From contig CDMY01000576.1 of NCBI GenBank assembly GCA_001179505.1, positions 1 through 48,636 on the forward strand: 48,636 nucleotides of DNA, in the 5' to 3' direction. Numbering within the stretch: position 1 is the stretch's first letter; each line of letters starts with the position of its first letter. The position numbers were made by a program, and so were the translations under genes. This document shows, in pieces, positions 19,925 to 32,234 of this stretch. A model generated the notes under the pieces. The model had not been told where the DNA came from. It worked only from the letters and a program-made list of their open reading frames with translations, and did not search any database. The DNA comes from Vitrella brassicaformis CCMP3155. Its lineage: Eukaryota; Protista; Chromerida.

Positions 19925-22900
19925 ATGGATGTCGGATGAATCGCTGCCGTGTTTGTCTTGTCAGGCCTTCCCGGCGTTGGGCGGTGCCACGAAAATCAGC
20001 AAGACGACCAAGACGGCTGCCAAGGTGTGAAAAGTGTACACAGAACGGCATACTCGTATGGATGGGCATATGTGTGCATTTTACTGCAGACCAGTGGCAA
20101 GAACACGCGTATGCACATAGAGCATGAATCTTACGTCCGTACATGTGTTTGCGGTGGGATCGGATCCCGAACCGTCGACATCCGAAGGATCGATATCATC
20201 GCCCTCGGTTTCCCCACAGGCCATGCCCAGGTCACAGCCCGGCTGCTATGCTTCTGTTCAGCTCTGAGGCCAGTGAAGACTACGTTACTTGGCTGTGTTC
20301 AGATGTTGCTGTCTGCATTTCATATTCGACGGGCTCTTCCGTTCAGTCGATCACTCCTCCAGGCGATTGCAGGAGAGTGCTGGCTGCTGTGTGTGCAGGT
20401 CGATGGCTGCCTACATTTTATATCTTTGGGACCTTTCCCCTACACGGCTGCGATGCACCTACTTCATCCAAGCTCTGGCGCTGTGCATCGATCCCATTAA
20501 TATCCCCGGCGGCGCCGCAGGTACGTAAGTGCGAGAGAAAAAAGAGCGTCATGAAGATTGGCTCATGTCTCGCCTCTTTTGCAGTCATCCGTTGCAGCCC
20601 ATCGTCAAGCCCCTCAAGCTCAAGACCGACTCGACGACGACAGTGGTGCGCACACACCTACAGACAATCGCACGCACGCACGCGGGCACACACAGAAAGA
20701 GAAGCGAATATGTGTGTGTGTGCGTCCTTGTCGACCTTCCTGTCTGCGTGCCCTCCCCGCCTCTGTGTTGGTGCGTGTTCAGACACTGTCGAAGACGCAA
20801 AAGAAGAACATGAAGAATGCCGCCAAGAAGAAGGCCAAGAAGGCCCTCGCGTCGCAGGTACACAGATGAGTGCGCCATGCATGCAGGGGTGAATGAATTC
20901 ATTGTCGTGTCTGCCGTTCAGGTTGGTCCAGTGAGGCCTGAGATACCTGTCATCGAGGAGCCAGAGGTGCGTGTTGATGCGTACACGGTGGACACAAACC
21001 CGCACAGTGTGTGTGTGTTCATTCAGTTTCCGTTGGACTTGGACATTGCGGCCATCAACGTCTACGAGACCATCAAGTTCAAACACTTCAACATGAGCCT
21101 GGTGAGTGAGCACACGAGGGTCCCAGACTCTCGCTGCTGACCTTTCGACTGGTCCCTCTTTCGGTCTCAGGATGAACAGGAGTTGGCGGCTACTCGAGAG
21201 GTAGCCAGGGCCACACACAGAAACCCATGCATCGTTGTCTTGCCCTCCGTCTGTGTGTGTATCCTGTGCGCTCATCTGTTGGTTGCAGCCCGTCCTCAAG
21301 CCCGTCTACCTCAAGACCGACTACCTCAAGACCGACTCAACGGTGGTGGGCACACACCTACAGACAATCGCACGCACAAGCAGAAAGAGAAGCGAATAAG
21401 TGTGGGTGTGTGTCCTTGTCAGGTGTCGGATGACACTGGCGACGATCGCACCTACGAGCTATGGACTCACACAGACCCTTTCTTGCGTACCCCTTCGGGG
21501 GGCCGGGGGGCAAGGTCCCCGTGAGGTTAACGAACGAACGAACGAGCAGACGGACGGGAGCGACGTGGACAAGGTATCTATCGATCGACACACAGCACCC
21601 ACACGCACACACACAGGCAGACCGTCTGTGAACACTTACATGTGTGTATGCGTCTGTCTGTCTCTGTGTGCAGTTCGTGAGTTCGAAGACCATCCGGAAC
21701 CGCAAGTCGCGCCAGCGACGCAAGGCTCGCAAAGCCGCCGCCAAGGTAGGTCGATGTGCACACTCACACACTCACACACAGATGGGCTCCCGTCTGTCGT
21801 TCATCTGCTCTGCAGAGCGGCAAGAAGAGCAAACCTTCCCTCAAGGACGAGTTCGCTGAGGAGCCGGAGCCGAAGACGAAGACCGTGGCCATCCAGGTAC
21901 ATACAAAGTGAAGGAACCGCACACCCACACTCACACAATGGTGTTGTGTGTGTTCAGGTGTGCCTCATCCCTGCGCTGCCACTGAGACCCCTCACGTCGA
22001 TTGGCAGAGTGAGTGACGCACAGCAGCACATACACGTAGGCAGAGAGGTGTCCATGTGTGTGTGTGTGTGTGTGTGTGTGCAGGAGGCAGCACCCACCAA
22101 AACGAGCCAAGACAACAAGCGGAAGAAGCACTTCAAGAGCAAGGCATGCATACACTGGGAAGTTAGGAATGCGAGCCCTCAGTGTCCCTGTGTGTGTGTG
22201 TGCAGATGGCTGCCTACATTCTATATCTGAAGATCGTGTCTCCCGCGTTTGCCGTGCAGCTGCCCCCTGCTCTGCTCATCCGTTCGTAAGGATGCAAACT
22301 ATCACACAGAGGACAGGTTTGGTGTGCTCGTGTACAGGTATCTAGCAGCAAGACAACCACCACTGGCACCGAGACTGAGAAGACCAACACCGTCACAACA
22401 GCCAAGGTGAGGCGCCTTTGACACAAACAAACTGTGTGTGTGTCAAGTTGATTGCCACGCTTTGCAAGGATCTGTCCAACAAGAAGACGAAGGCGTCCAA
22501 GAATGCCACCTCGGAGGTGGACACACACACACAACACACGCGACACACACTACACACAAGAGTGTCTTCCTGTTTGTGTGACGCAGGACGTCGTTGTCGA
22601 CGTCGACAAGGTGTCTACATCGCAGTACAAGTTGGACCTCTACTGCCCACCGGCTGCCTTCAAACTCAAGTTTCTGCCATTCACAACGAAGGTCGACGCC
22701 CATCACACCGACCACACACACAGAGGAACGCATGAATGACTGACTTCCTGCTTGCGTGTGGGTGCTTGCAGGTGTCCAGCAGCTACACGACCACTACAAC
22801 CACAACCACCACTGGCACCGCAGCCACCGTGAGCGAGACGAGGCGCACAGATAGACGGCCTTCGACACAAACAGACTGATGCTTTGTGTACACAGGAGAG

Positions 22901-23100
22901 CACTTCGACGAAGAAGGAGCGCAACCGCGCCCGCCACCAGCGGTACAAGGCGTCGACAGGCAACTTCAAACACTCCCTATGTGCCGCGACGCACACTTGA
23001 TTCCAATATCGCTGCAGGCGGCAGGTAAACACAGGAGAAGACAAATTTGCGCATTAATGACCAATCCCCGGCCACCAACACGTCGTCAACCATGACTGAA
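19925..23100 (+). CDS. Lys/Thr-rich low-complexity gene built from many very short exons; boundaries tentative, possibly partly decayed
   Basis: Series of AG...GT-bounded phase-0 exons: AFPALGGATKISKTTKTAAK; PIVKPLKLKTDSTTTV; TLSKTQKKNMKNAAKKKAKKALASQ; VGPVRPEIPVIEEPE; DEQELAATRE; FVSSKTIRNRKSRQRRKARKAAAK; SGKKSKPSLKDEFAEEPEPKTKTVAIQ; DVVVDVDK; VSSSYTTTTT. Several junctions (20090-20530, 21480-21550) could not be phased. Confidence 0.45.
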
Positions 23101-23267
23101 ATGGCCTCCACACCTAGCACGGTGAGTGACCGCCAAGCACACACATCGACAGGTGCTCTCTGCACGTGTTGTGTGTGCACTCAGTCCACCTGAGCAAGAA
23201 CAAAGCAACAAGAAATCCAGACAGGTACACACACCGACAAACACGCCAACGAATCCAGCGCCGCATC

Positions 23268-23745
23268 AGAAGGCGACGAACCCGATCATCATCAGCAGAA
23301 GACACCAACCACAGCGGTGCGGCCGCATGGACTGCGGACGCTGTTGAAGGATTGGTGGCCTACGTCAAGACGCCGGACGGTGGCACTCCTATAAGTGTGA
23401 CGCTGCAGATGAGCTGGACGATCCGCGAAGCAAGGCGGCGTATGATACGCGACACGTGGTTCGGTGTAGGGCCAAGAGGACGCTACACATACAACTTCGA
23501 CAAGTGAGGAATGACATACGCTGGTCATCCCATTGCTGTGCAGCTGCATGCATTATCGTGCCTTCAGCATCACGCTCGACAACCTCCAAGCGACAGTACA
23601 GGACGAGTACACCAAGCTGGCGCAGCATGGGGTCGCGACGAATCCAATCATCATCCACCGAGAACTCCAACCAAAGCGCCGCAGATGGCTGCTTACATTT
23701 TATATTCGGACGTCCGTGTCTCCCAAGCGACGACAGACAACGTAG
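23268..23745 (+). CDS. Ubiquitin-like (beta-grasp) domain exons, possibly the C-terminus of the upstream gene
   Basis: Spliced LVAYVKTPDGGTPISVTLQMSWTIREARRRMIRDTWFGVGPRGRYTYNFDK|ITLDNLQATVQDEYTKLAQHGVATNPIIIHRELQPKRRR follows the ubiquitin pattern IFVKT..G.TI.LEV..SDTI..VK..I......RLIF.GK.LED..TL.DY.I....TLHL. Confidence 0.55.
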
Positions 23746-24807
23746 AGACAGACCCGCCCGAGAGGGGGCGAAGAGAGGCGGAAGATAGAGGACTTTCATG
23801 GCAGGGACGACTGGATGAATGGTAGCCTGCTGTGTGTGCACATCGATGGCTGGCCTCAGCCCTGTAGCACTACTAGTATAAGGGCTGAGGCGAATAGATG
23901 GCTTGACTATGGCTTGCCATGTATGGCGTCACGAAGTGTGAGACGCGGTGCCCATACACGTGTGCACAATCAATGTCGACATGCTTTGCATTTATCCAAA
24001 TTTGAGCCTCTCATCGATAGGTCATCACCTTCTGAGTGTCACGACACACACATGAATCCTTGTCCATCCACACAGCAGCACAGTGATGATGATATTCACT
24101 GCGTCACACATGAAGATTAGCTATATATACAGAAGAAGGCCGTCAACTTTGTGGTATACACACAGACAGCAGTCAGCAGACTAAAACCAGTAGGACAACA
24201 CGCCAGGACATGCGGCCTCCCACGCCAGCGGCACAGAACAGGGGGGCCGCTTCTTGACGCCGTCCATCCATCCCTGCCCCTGTTTGGGACATCACATCAC
24301 ACACATGCGATGCACCCAGAGCCGCATCTGCCCACTGACTCTCCACGACAAGTTCACCACCGCCGCCGCATCAGAGAGCCAAATGGGACGGTCCATCTGA
24401 CGTCTGATGCGACGATGGTGGCGAACCGATCAGACAAAGTCAGTAGGCAGACACCAGCCAGTGATAGCCTTTCTGTTGTCGATACAGACCGCCCCGCTGT
24501 TTCCGCCGCTCTGCCCACTGCGCCGCCCGCCCCAGACGCTCTGCGTGTCCTCGACTCTAATCGAAACACACAGTGAATCTGGTCTGGGCCGTACAGTGGC
24601 CAGAGAGGCAAGAAAGTGGAGCTGGCAACAGGTGAGTCACTTCGAGAAAGACACCGCCACACGAACCCCTCGTTACAGAAAGACAGCACACAACGGACTG
24701 AACCGCCTCTCTCAGCGCAAAAGACAACAGCACCATCTCACCATCACCAGCAGCAGCAGCAGCAGCAGTGTGTTTGTGTGTGGTCGGCCGATCGGCTCAT
24801 TGTCTGT

Positions 24808-25308
24808 CTAAGCGGTGAGTCCGAGTTTGTTGGCCTCTTCCTTCCAGGAGGGGTACATCTTGTTGAGGGCCTCGACGTATTTGACTTTGGCCTCATCGGC
24901 CGACAGACCCTTGACACTGCTCCACGCCTCATGCTTGGCCTGACCACACAAAGGCAACACGCACCACCGACACACACGACGTGTGCAGTGTGTGTGCCGC
25001 TGATCTCCGTGCGCATCTGTCTGTGCCACTCACTCACTGCTCACATTGGCCTCGAACTGTATGGCCCAGGGCGCGTCGCCCTTGCAGTCGCCCTCCGTCG
25101 CCTGCTTGTAGTACCTAACCGGCCATCACCACACCACAGCAGCCCAAGTGCATGCCGCTCTGGAAGTCCCTCTCTGTGTGTGCCGTGCTGTGGTGTGTGT
25201 GTACTTGTAGAAGTTGAGCCTGTCGTCCTGCGTCGGCTTCACCGGCCCGTCCTTGGGCATCGACTGGACGAACTTGGCGGCAAGCGCGAAGTCTGACGCA
25301 GAGGCCAT
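24808..25308 (-). CDS. ACBP: Acyl-CoA-binding protein (101 aa, 3 exons: 25308-25205, 25114-25045, 24939-24808)
   Basis: MASASDFALAAKFVQSMPKDGPVKPTQDDRLNFYKYYKQATEGDCKGDAPWAIQFEANAKHEAWSSVKGLSADEAKVKYVEALNKMYPSW. The hallmarks YKQAT.GD, AK..AW and A...Y are present and all splice phases fit. Confidence 0.95.
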
Positions 25309-25534
25309 CGCTGGCAGGGACGACGTGTGTGTCAATTGGTGTGTGTCGGCAGGGAGGAAGATGGGCGGGGGAGGCAGATCACACAGGAGAGATCAGCAGC
25401 GGTCTTCGAGCTGCGGCAAGAGGCTCAGATGCAGAGACGGAGACTAACCCCTCCACAAGTCACCAAACATCCGGGTTTCTCGGGTTCAGGGTTTGAAATC
25501 TAAGCTCGCGGGGGTCGGAGGGGGAGGCGGAGAG

Positions 25535-25993
25535 ATGGGGGAGGTCATCTCTTTCCCCCAAACCGGGACGTGGGTTGACGGTGCCGAGTTGGCCAGCGAG
25601 GAGTGGCGAGAGGAGGTTATTCGTCTAGGTGAGAGCGAGCGCCAGTGCACCACGGCCGAAGCGAATCAGTCCCTCCCTCTCTCTCTCCCACTGCTGAAAC
25701 AGGAAAGATGCGTCCGCCACTCTCGGGTCCGTGGCGGTGGGTGGCGGACAAGAGGGATCCGGAGATCGCACTCCTACACGAGGCTGCCACTGTGCGCGCC
25801 CTGCAGCGCCGGCTATGGCCGCTGCTCAGTCGCGACAACTTGGCCAGCCGCGCGGAGTACGTCGTGTTTGAGGGGTTCGAGGCGGTGTGTTGGGGCGCTA
25901 CTGAGGAGCTGACGCTTGACGAGGCCTTCGGCTCTGTTGGGCGCACCTACGAGAGGCCGCTCATCCTCTACGGAAAAGGTACGGATGAGCGGG

Positions 25994-26025
<32 letters not shown>

Positions 26026-26190
26026 TTGATCGACTCTGTTATGTGACCGGCTTACTTACGCACAGAGCCCTCGACGTTGATCGGGTCACCCTTGGCGACG
26101 CCAACAGCTGGCGCCACCCCACCTGATGGTGAGCAGGCAAACTTGTGCCTTCTCGCTCACTCAACCCACTGCGATGGTGCTGCCGCTCGT

Positions 26191-26227
<37 letters not shown>

Positions 26228-26363
26228 AGCGAGGTACTGTGCGACCGACCAACGTGACGCGGTGAGAAAGCGGCATGACGCGCAGCATCTGAAGGTCCAG
26301 AAAGGGGAGGACACCGACACGGCAGAGGAGACAAAGAGACTCCTCTCACGCAAACACGACTAG
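25535..26363 (+). CDS. Small hypothetical protein (~190 aa, 4 exons), possibly with a divergent beta-grasp domain
   Basis: Phase-consistent MGEVISFPQTG...EEVIRLG|KMRPPLSGPWRWV...TVRALQRRLWPLL...YVVFEG...LTLDEAFGSVGRTYERPLILYGK|EPSTL...PPD|ARYC...RKHD*. Confidence 0.6.
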
Positions 26364-26733
26364 CTGACTGAACGCTGCTGTATCTGACGGCGGGAGGGAT
26401 AAGCTCAGTGTTCTTTCTCAATAAGCCGATTGTGACACTGTTGTGTGTTGATGGATGGGTGGGTTTGCAGTGAGTGAGTAGGTCGTACGTGATGGACGGA
26501 CGTCTTGATATCGCATATCGACGGCCTGCATGCCATGGCTGCTGTTGAATAGAATTAATTGCCCACTCGCTCCAAATGAGCGCAGTCGAGCAAGCCGCGT
26601 GAAACGTTTCTTTCGAGGCAGTTTGTCATCGTTCTGTTCTTTGTAGTCGCCAAGGCCGCATAGGTCGTCCTGATGGTGTTTCTTCCTGACCCACTCTGTA
26701 ACCATCTCGCCTGACTCATCGCCCGACGACCAG

Positions 26734-29700
26734 ATGGCCGACGGCAGCAGGGGTAAAGAGGCACTCAACGACGCCACACGAGGCGGCAGCGGCGCCCCAG
26801 CGACCCACCCGCCACCCTCTTTGCCTCAGAACGACCCTCATGTCGATGATAAGGCTCAGCCGACGAGCGATCTGCCGACAGGACCTCAGGGCGGAGGTGC
26901 GGCATCTGTTGGCTCAGCGAAGGCAGGCAGCGGACAACAGGATGCGGCAGACGCCAAGCAGGCGACTCGCAGCATCGTGGAGCGTGTGTTAGAGGTGCTG
27001 GTGAGAGAGGCCGTCCGCCACATACACAGTGCGGAGGAGGCCAGCGATGGTCAGGAGGGGGCGGCTGGTGCTAAGCAGCTGGATGGAGAGGCCGCCAAGG
27101 TCGAGGCGAGTGGCGGTGTGATGGAGCGTGTGTTGTTGGCTTTGGTGCGGGAGGCCGTCCGCCGCATACACAGCACACAGGGCAGCCACCGGGCCGCCAT
27201 ACCCAGCCCCCAGAAGCACCAGCTGAAGTGCAGCCGCTCTTTCGCCGGCCGCCCATCGCTCGAGGACAGCGACACGGCACCTCGGCTGCGGCGCACCAAG
27301 TCGTCCCCGGACCCCGCTGCTTCCCTGCAGCACCAGGACCAGCAGGGCGGCGGTGGCGATGCTGACCAGGACCAGGATGATGATAACGATGCTGACCAGG
27401 AGGATGGCGATGATGACGGAAACGGGGGGGAAGAGGAAGAGGAAGAGGACGAGGATGTCATCGTCGACACACGGCCTGCTCCAGTGAGGCAGGAGGGAGT
27501 GGTAAGTCCAAGATTCCTATGTCATGTGCGAGGTGTATCTGTGGTGTGGTGTGGTGTGGTCAGGACGCGTTCGTGCTGTGCAGGGCGGGTAAGCGGCTGG
27601 AGTCGCTGCGTCTCCCCATCAGTGTGGGTGCTCGCAAGGAGTATGAATTGCAGTCGATGATATCGGTGCATCGTCTCACCGCACAGGCCACTGGTAAGTC
27701 AGCTACCTGACCCGCAAAGCAGCGCCATGGTCATTCACCCTGTGTGCTGCTGTGTGTGTGTCCAGTTGTGTCGTGGGAGGAGGGGCAGGACGCCAGGAAG
27801 CTCATCTGCCAGATGGTAAACAAAACACAACAAACCCCCCCCACACACACCCACACACACACGCATATGCTGGCTTCTCTGTTGGTTTCGGTCATCAGCA
27901 ACGGGCGTTGCAGATCCCCGGTCGCGAGAAGGACGGCTTCATCGCCGCCGAGACCGACACGCCACCCGAGCCCATCGATCAGAATGGGGGCGTCGACGGG
28001 CCTCCCCTCACCGCCTCCCTCCGTGAACGAATCACGGAGGCTCTGTCCGACAAGTCGGGTGAGAGCAGCGGCAGCGGTGCATCTGATGACCAGAAAGACG
28101 GTGGTAGTGGTGACGGCAAGGGCGGCGGCGGGAGCAGTGCCGCCGGTGGCGAGGGCGCCGGCAGCAGTGGGGGTGGGGGGAGGGAAGCGACCGGCGCGTC
28201 TGCATCTGCAGCGTCGGGTGGCGAATCGCCCTCGGCGGCGTCGTCAGACAGCCCTCCCCCGCCCCCCTCACCGCCCCAAGAGTACGGCCCCAAGACCCTC
28301 TTCGATGCGCTCGAGTGTCATCCCTTCTGCAGTCTTGCACGCCAGAACTTCGTGTACCAGTACCTCAACGGTGACCAACACACACAGAAGACACACAGGC
28401 ACACAGACAGCCCATCCATCCGGTTGTCTGTCTGCGTGTGTGTGCAGCGTCTGCCAAGCTGCCGATCTGCCCCAAGCCCGTGCATTATGAGACGCAGGTC
28501 GTCCAGCAGGGGGCCGTCAAGGATGGCGACTTCGGCAGTGCGGCTGTCGACTTCTACGTCAACGAACAGCTGGACTGCGACCTGGAGAGCGTTATGCGCT
28601 ACGCCCGGCAGTGGGCGGCGGGGCAGACGGAGGGCCAAGAGGGGGACGACTGGCGACCCGCCAAACTGATTCTCGAGCTGTCCATCGAGGCGGTATGCCC
28701 TCATACACACATACTGGAGAGCTGTGTGTCGGGTTATCACGCCCTCTCTCTGTCTGTCATGTGTGTGTGTCTGCAGGTCCGTTCATTGCGAGAGCTCCAC
28801 TCGCACGGACTCGTCCACGAGCACGTCAAACCTAGAGTAGGCACCCCTCCCCCGAAGACAACAGCCAATGCACCACATCACTCACGGCGCAACTCTCCTC
28901 CCTCCCTCCCTCCCTCCCTCCGTGTCAGAATATGATGGTCAAGTACGGCCACGGCAAGCGTGTGTACCTGGTGGACCTCAAGCAGTGCCGACCTGTCCGC
29001 TCCAAACCTGGCGATGATGACGAGACCATGGGCCGCAATCGGCGAGGGATGTTCAGTCACTCGTGGCACCTCGCACCCATCGCAATGCACAACGCCGAGC
29101 CACCGGCATTCAAGTAAGAGAGCACTCTGTCGCACTTAGCTCAACCAAGGGCCAAGGGTGGGTATGCCGGCCTCGTGGCTGCCTGCTTTCCTGCCTGTAG
29201 GGATGATCTGGAGGGCCTCTGCTACTCGTTGCTGTGTCTGCTCAAGGAGAAATCGCTGCCGTGGACAGACCCCAACAACATCCTCGCCCTTGGCCCGCTG
29301 ATCTCCCTGACATTAGATAACACCCTGGCGGACTTAAAGAGATACACCAACATAGACGAGGCGTGTGACAGGCTGCCTGGTATGGGGAGGCGGGAGGATG
29401 ATACCCACAGAAACGGCTCACTGGTATCTCTGTGTCCGTCTCTGTGTGTGGCCAGGTGGTGTGTGTGCGTTTGTGAAGGAGGTGCTTGGCTACGGGAGGC
29501 TGCAGCTGCCGCGATACGACCACCTGATCGACTTGCTGCGAACAGCCATCGACCAGTGAGCACACCCAGTGGGGTGGACGGACGGACGGATGGATGTGCC
29601 AACGTCGTGTGCCTTCTCCTGTGGTGTGTCAGGTTGCCAGCCTCCGAGCATTTGCGTCGGCTGCCCTTCTTGGATGAGTCCCTCATGCCCCCCGGCTGCC

Positions 29701-31713
29701 GCATCGCCCGGCAGTTCACCGACCAACACAACCTCAGGCGACTCAAGAAGCTCTCCAGCCCCCCCGGCGCCTTCGCCGAGACCGAGCTCACACCCCCGCC
29801 CCCCACACCGCCCCTCCCACCACACACGCCCCCGTCGCCCCCACCTGTGGCCAACCGACGCATGCAAGGCGTCACGAAGCGCCTGAGGGGCATGGGCCTC
29901 CTTGCCTTGGGCGCCTTTGGGCGGGCCATGACCTCCCAGTCTCTGGGCTCGGCTGCCGGGGGTCTGAGAGGTCCCTACAGGGGCACCTTGGCTGGGGCCC
30001 TGGCCACACAGCCGTCGCTGGACGAGCTCCGTCTTGGTGCGCTGATGGACCCCCCGCCCCGTTTCGTGTGGCTGCCTAGCGAGATGACGATGGTTGCCGA
30101 GTTCCTGCTGTGGGCCACACAGCCGCCGGCATATCGGCTCATCAAGAGGGCCGCCAAGGGCGACCAGGGGGGCAGCGAGCCGCCCGCTGTGACGCTGTCG
30201 ACACTGCCGGAGAACTGTCTGTGTGGCGTGACGGACTTCATGACGACCCTCGAGATCATTGGCCGTGTGGGCACGTGGGCCTCCGCCTTCCGCCCCCTCG
30301 CCATCAGGCCCGAGTTCCACACGCGGCTGACCATCGCCGGCGAGCCGGAATGGCACCGATTCGACCTCGCCGTGTCGAGCCTGTGGGCGCCGCGAATGAC
30401 ACTCATCTCGACGGCCGACATCAAGCCCCCTCCGCCCCGCCAGCCCGACAAGGCCCGCATAATCGTGCAGAAGCAGCCGGTGGGCGAGGGCGAAGTGCGT
30501 GAGATCGACTCGTCCATGAGCCCCTCGCCGCCCTTCGACAGCGTCAACGACTCTGCCATGTGTGTGCCCTTCGCCCACCCCTTGTCGTCGATCCTCACTG
30601 GCGCCATCCGGCCCCCATTCATCCCGCCCACCCTCCCGGCCGTCAAGCACTACGCCGACCCGCCGTCCCTTTTCTCGGCCAAGAGCCCCCTGCTGCACAA
30701 GGCCCACACCACCGGCAGCACACGCACCGTCCTGCACCCCCGCAGCCCCTCCCTCCAGCCACTCGCCATCAACGGGGTGGTGGGTGTGCTGGAGGCATCG
30801 CACTCGACGTTGGCCGAGCTGCGTGTGCGTGACGGGAGGGCGGACCTGCCGGCAGCGGCCTACGGCTTCAAGCCGCCCCGCCCACCTGGCGTCGACCGGT
30901 CTGGCGACGCTATGTTGGAGTTCCCGAAGCTGACGACTGTGGTGGTGCCATCGGACAAGGCCAACCTCAGCGGATTCACTAAGGTCAGGGACAGACGGAC
31001 AGAATGAGACCGACCAGTCATGTGTGTCTCCCTCTGTGTGTGATGGGTGGGCAGGTGGCGTATGTGTGTCGGTGGTCTCTGCCGAATCTGACGACGTTGA
31101 CGGTGACGGGCGGCTGCCGCCCTCATCTGAGCCGCAGCGTGACGACCAGCATCCACTTCGCCGGAGGGCACCACACAGACGTGGCCTATGAGGACGCCAC
31201 TCGGATACTCGAAAGCAGCACGGCAGAACACATCAACAGGGAGAAGTTCCGGTACGCACAGAGACCCATTCGAGACAGGCACACCGATCTGTGTGCTCTG
31301 TCTGTCAGCGGTGAGACATTGGGTGTGTATGTGGGCGCCTGGATGAACAACACTGATAAGATGGAATCGGTTGAGGTCACCGACATGCCGGTCGGTGAGG
31401 GAAGACACCACACAGAGTCCATCCATTCTCTCCCTCTGCTGTCCTCTCTTGACAGGTTGACGTGCTGAAGGCCGCCCTGTGGTTCTCTCGCGACGGCGGG
31501 CTGCCCCACCTGCGCCGCCTCACCGACACCAGCGGCCCAGATGCCACCGACCAGACACTCCGCCAGCTCAAGACCCTTCTGCACAAGAAGGGGGCGCCGC
31601 TGGCCGATCAGATAGCGGTGCGGCAGACAGCCGACGGCAGCAGTGATGATGGCGGTGAGGGTGAGGGCAGCGGAGAGAAGCGGGCGTATGCGGATCGCTG
31701 CCACAACCCCTAG
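26734..31713 (+). CDS. Large multi-exon protein: acidic N-terminus, casein-kinase-1-like pseudokinase domain, F-box-like motif, LRR-like C-terminus
   Basis: Junctions from 27501 to 31713 stay in phase by manual checking; the last donor is the weakest. CK1-like elements: LARQNFVYQYL (alphaC), VNEQLDCDLESV, LRELHSHGLVHEHVKPRNMM (catalytic loop), VYLVDLK (DFG position), DDLEGLCYSLLCLLKEKSLPW, PRYDHLIDLL. Then LSTLPENCLCGVTDFMTTLEIIGRVGTWASAFR (F-box-like) and FPKLTTVVV / LPNLTTLTV / LPHLRRLT. Confidence 0.75.
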
Positions 31714-32234
31714 ACAGACAAGAAAGATACCGATGGGGTAAGTAAGATGCTGAGAGCCATGTGGCCCATTGATTGGCTCATGAGGGCGTCATATGTGCGT
31801 GTGTGTCGGGTGGGTGGGTGACAGGACGGATGGAGTGATACGGGAGGGGCGGGGCGGGGAGGGGCACAGGACAGCAGGACCACTCATCTGACTGACTACA
31901 GAAATGACATGGTGTGTGTGTGTGTGTGTGTGTGGAGAGCCTGATTGATGTACAGCTTCTCATTCACTGCAGTGCTTTGACAGACAGACAAACTGCATGC
32001 AGATGTCAGAAGGACCGGTCCGGTGGTGCGATACGATACAGCCGCCACAATGGGAGAGCCACACACCCACACCCACACCCACATCCACACCCACACACAG
32101 AGAGACAGACAGCCCGCTATGCACACCAAAGAATGCCATCCACAGCACCGAAGCACAGACCACATTCTGTGCCACTCAGCAACCCTTAGAGCAGCACCTG
32201 GCTTGCCCACAATAAGTAGAGCCGTCACATGGCA

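Noticed and set aside
20402-23706. The recurring 23-mer as a CRISPR-like repeat
   Set aside because: Spacing is irregular and kilobase-scale, the context is eukaryotic and intron-rich, and there are no cas genes
23800-24800. Isolated splice-like signals (for example caacag/gtgagt near 24630) suggesting another gene
   Set aside because: I could not build a coherent coding model on either strand; unresolved without RNA data
24925-24939. ACBP has AKHEAW instead of the common AKWDAW
   Set aside because: This position varies among protist ACBPs and the main acyl-CoA-binding Tyr/Lys residues are intact
29490-30803. 437-aa minus-strand ORF; similar antisense ORFs at 3951-4862 and on the plus strand at 38008-38730
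   Set aside because: They lie opposite well-supported genes, as expected from stop-poor GC-rich sequence
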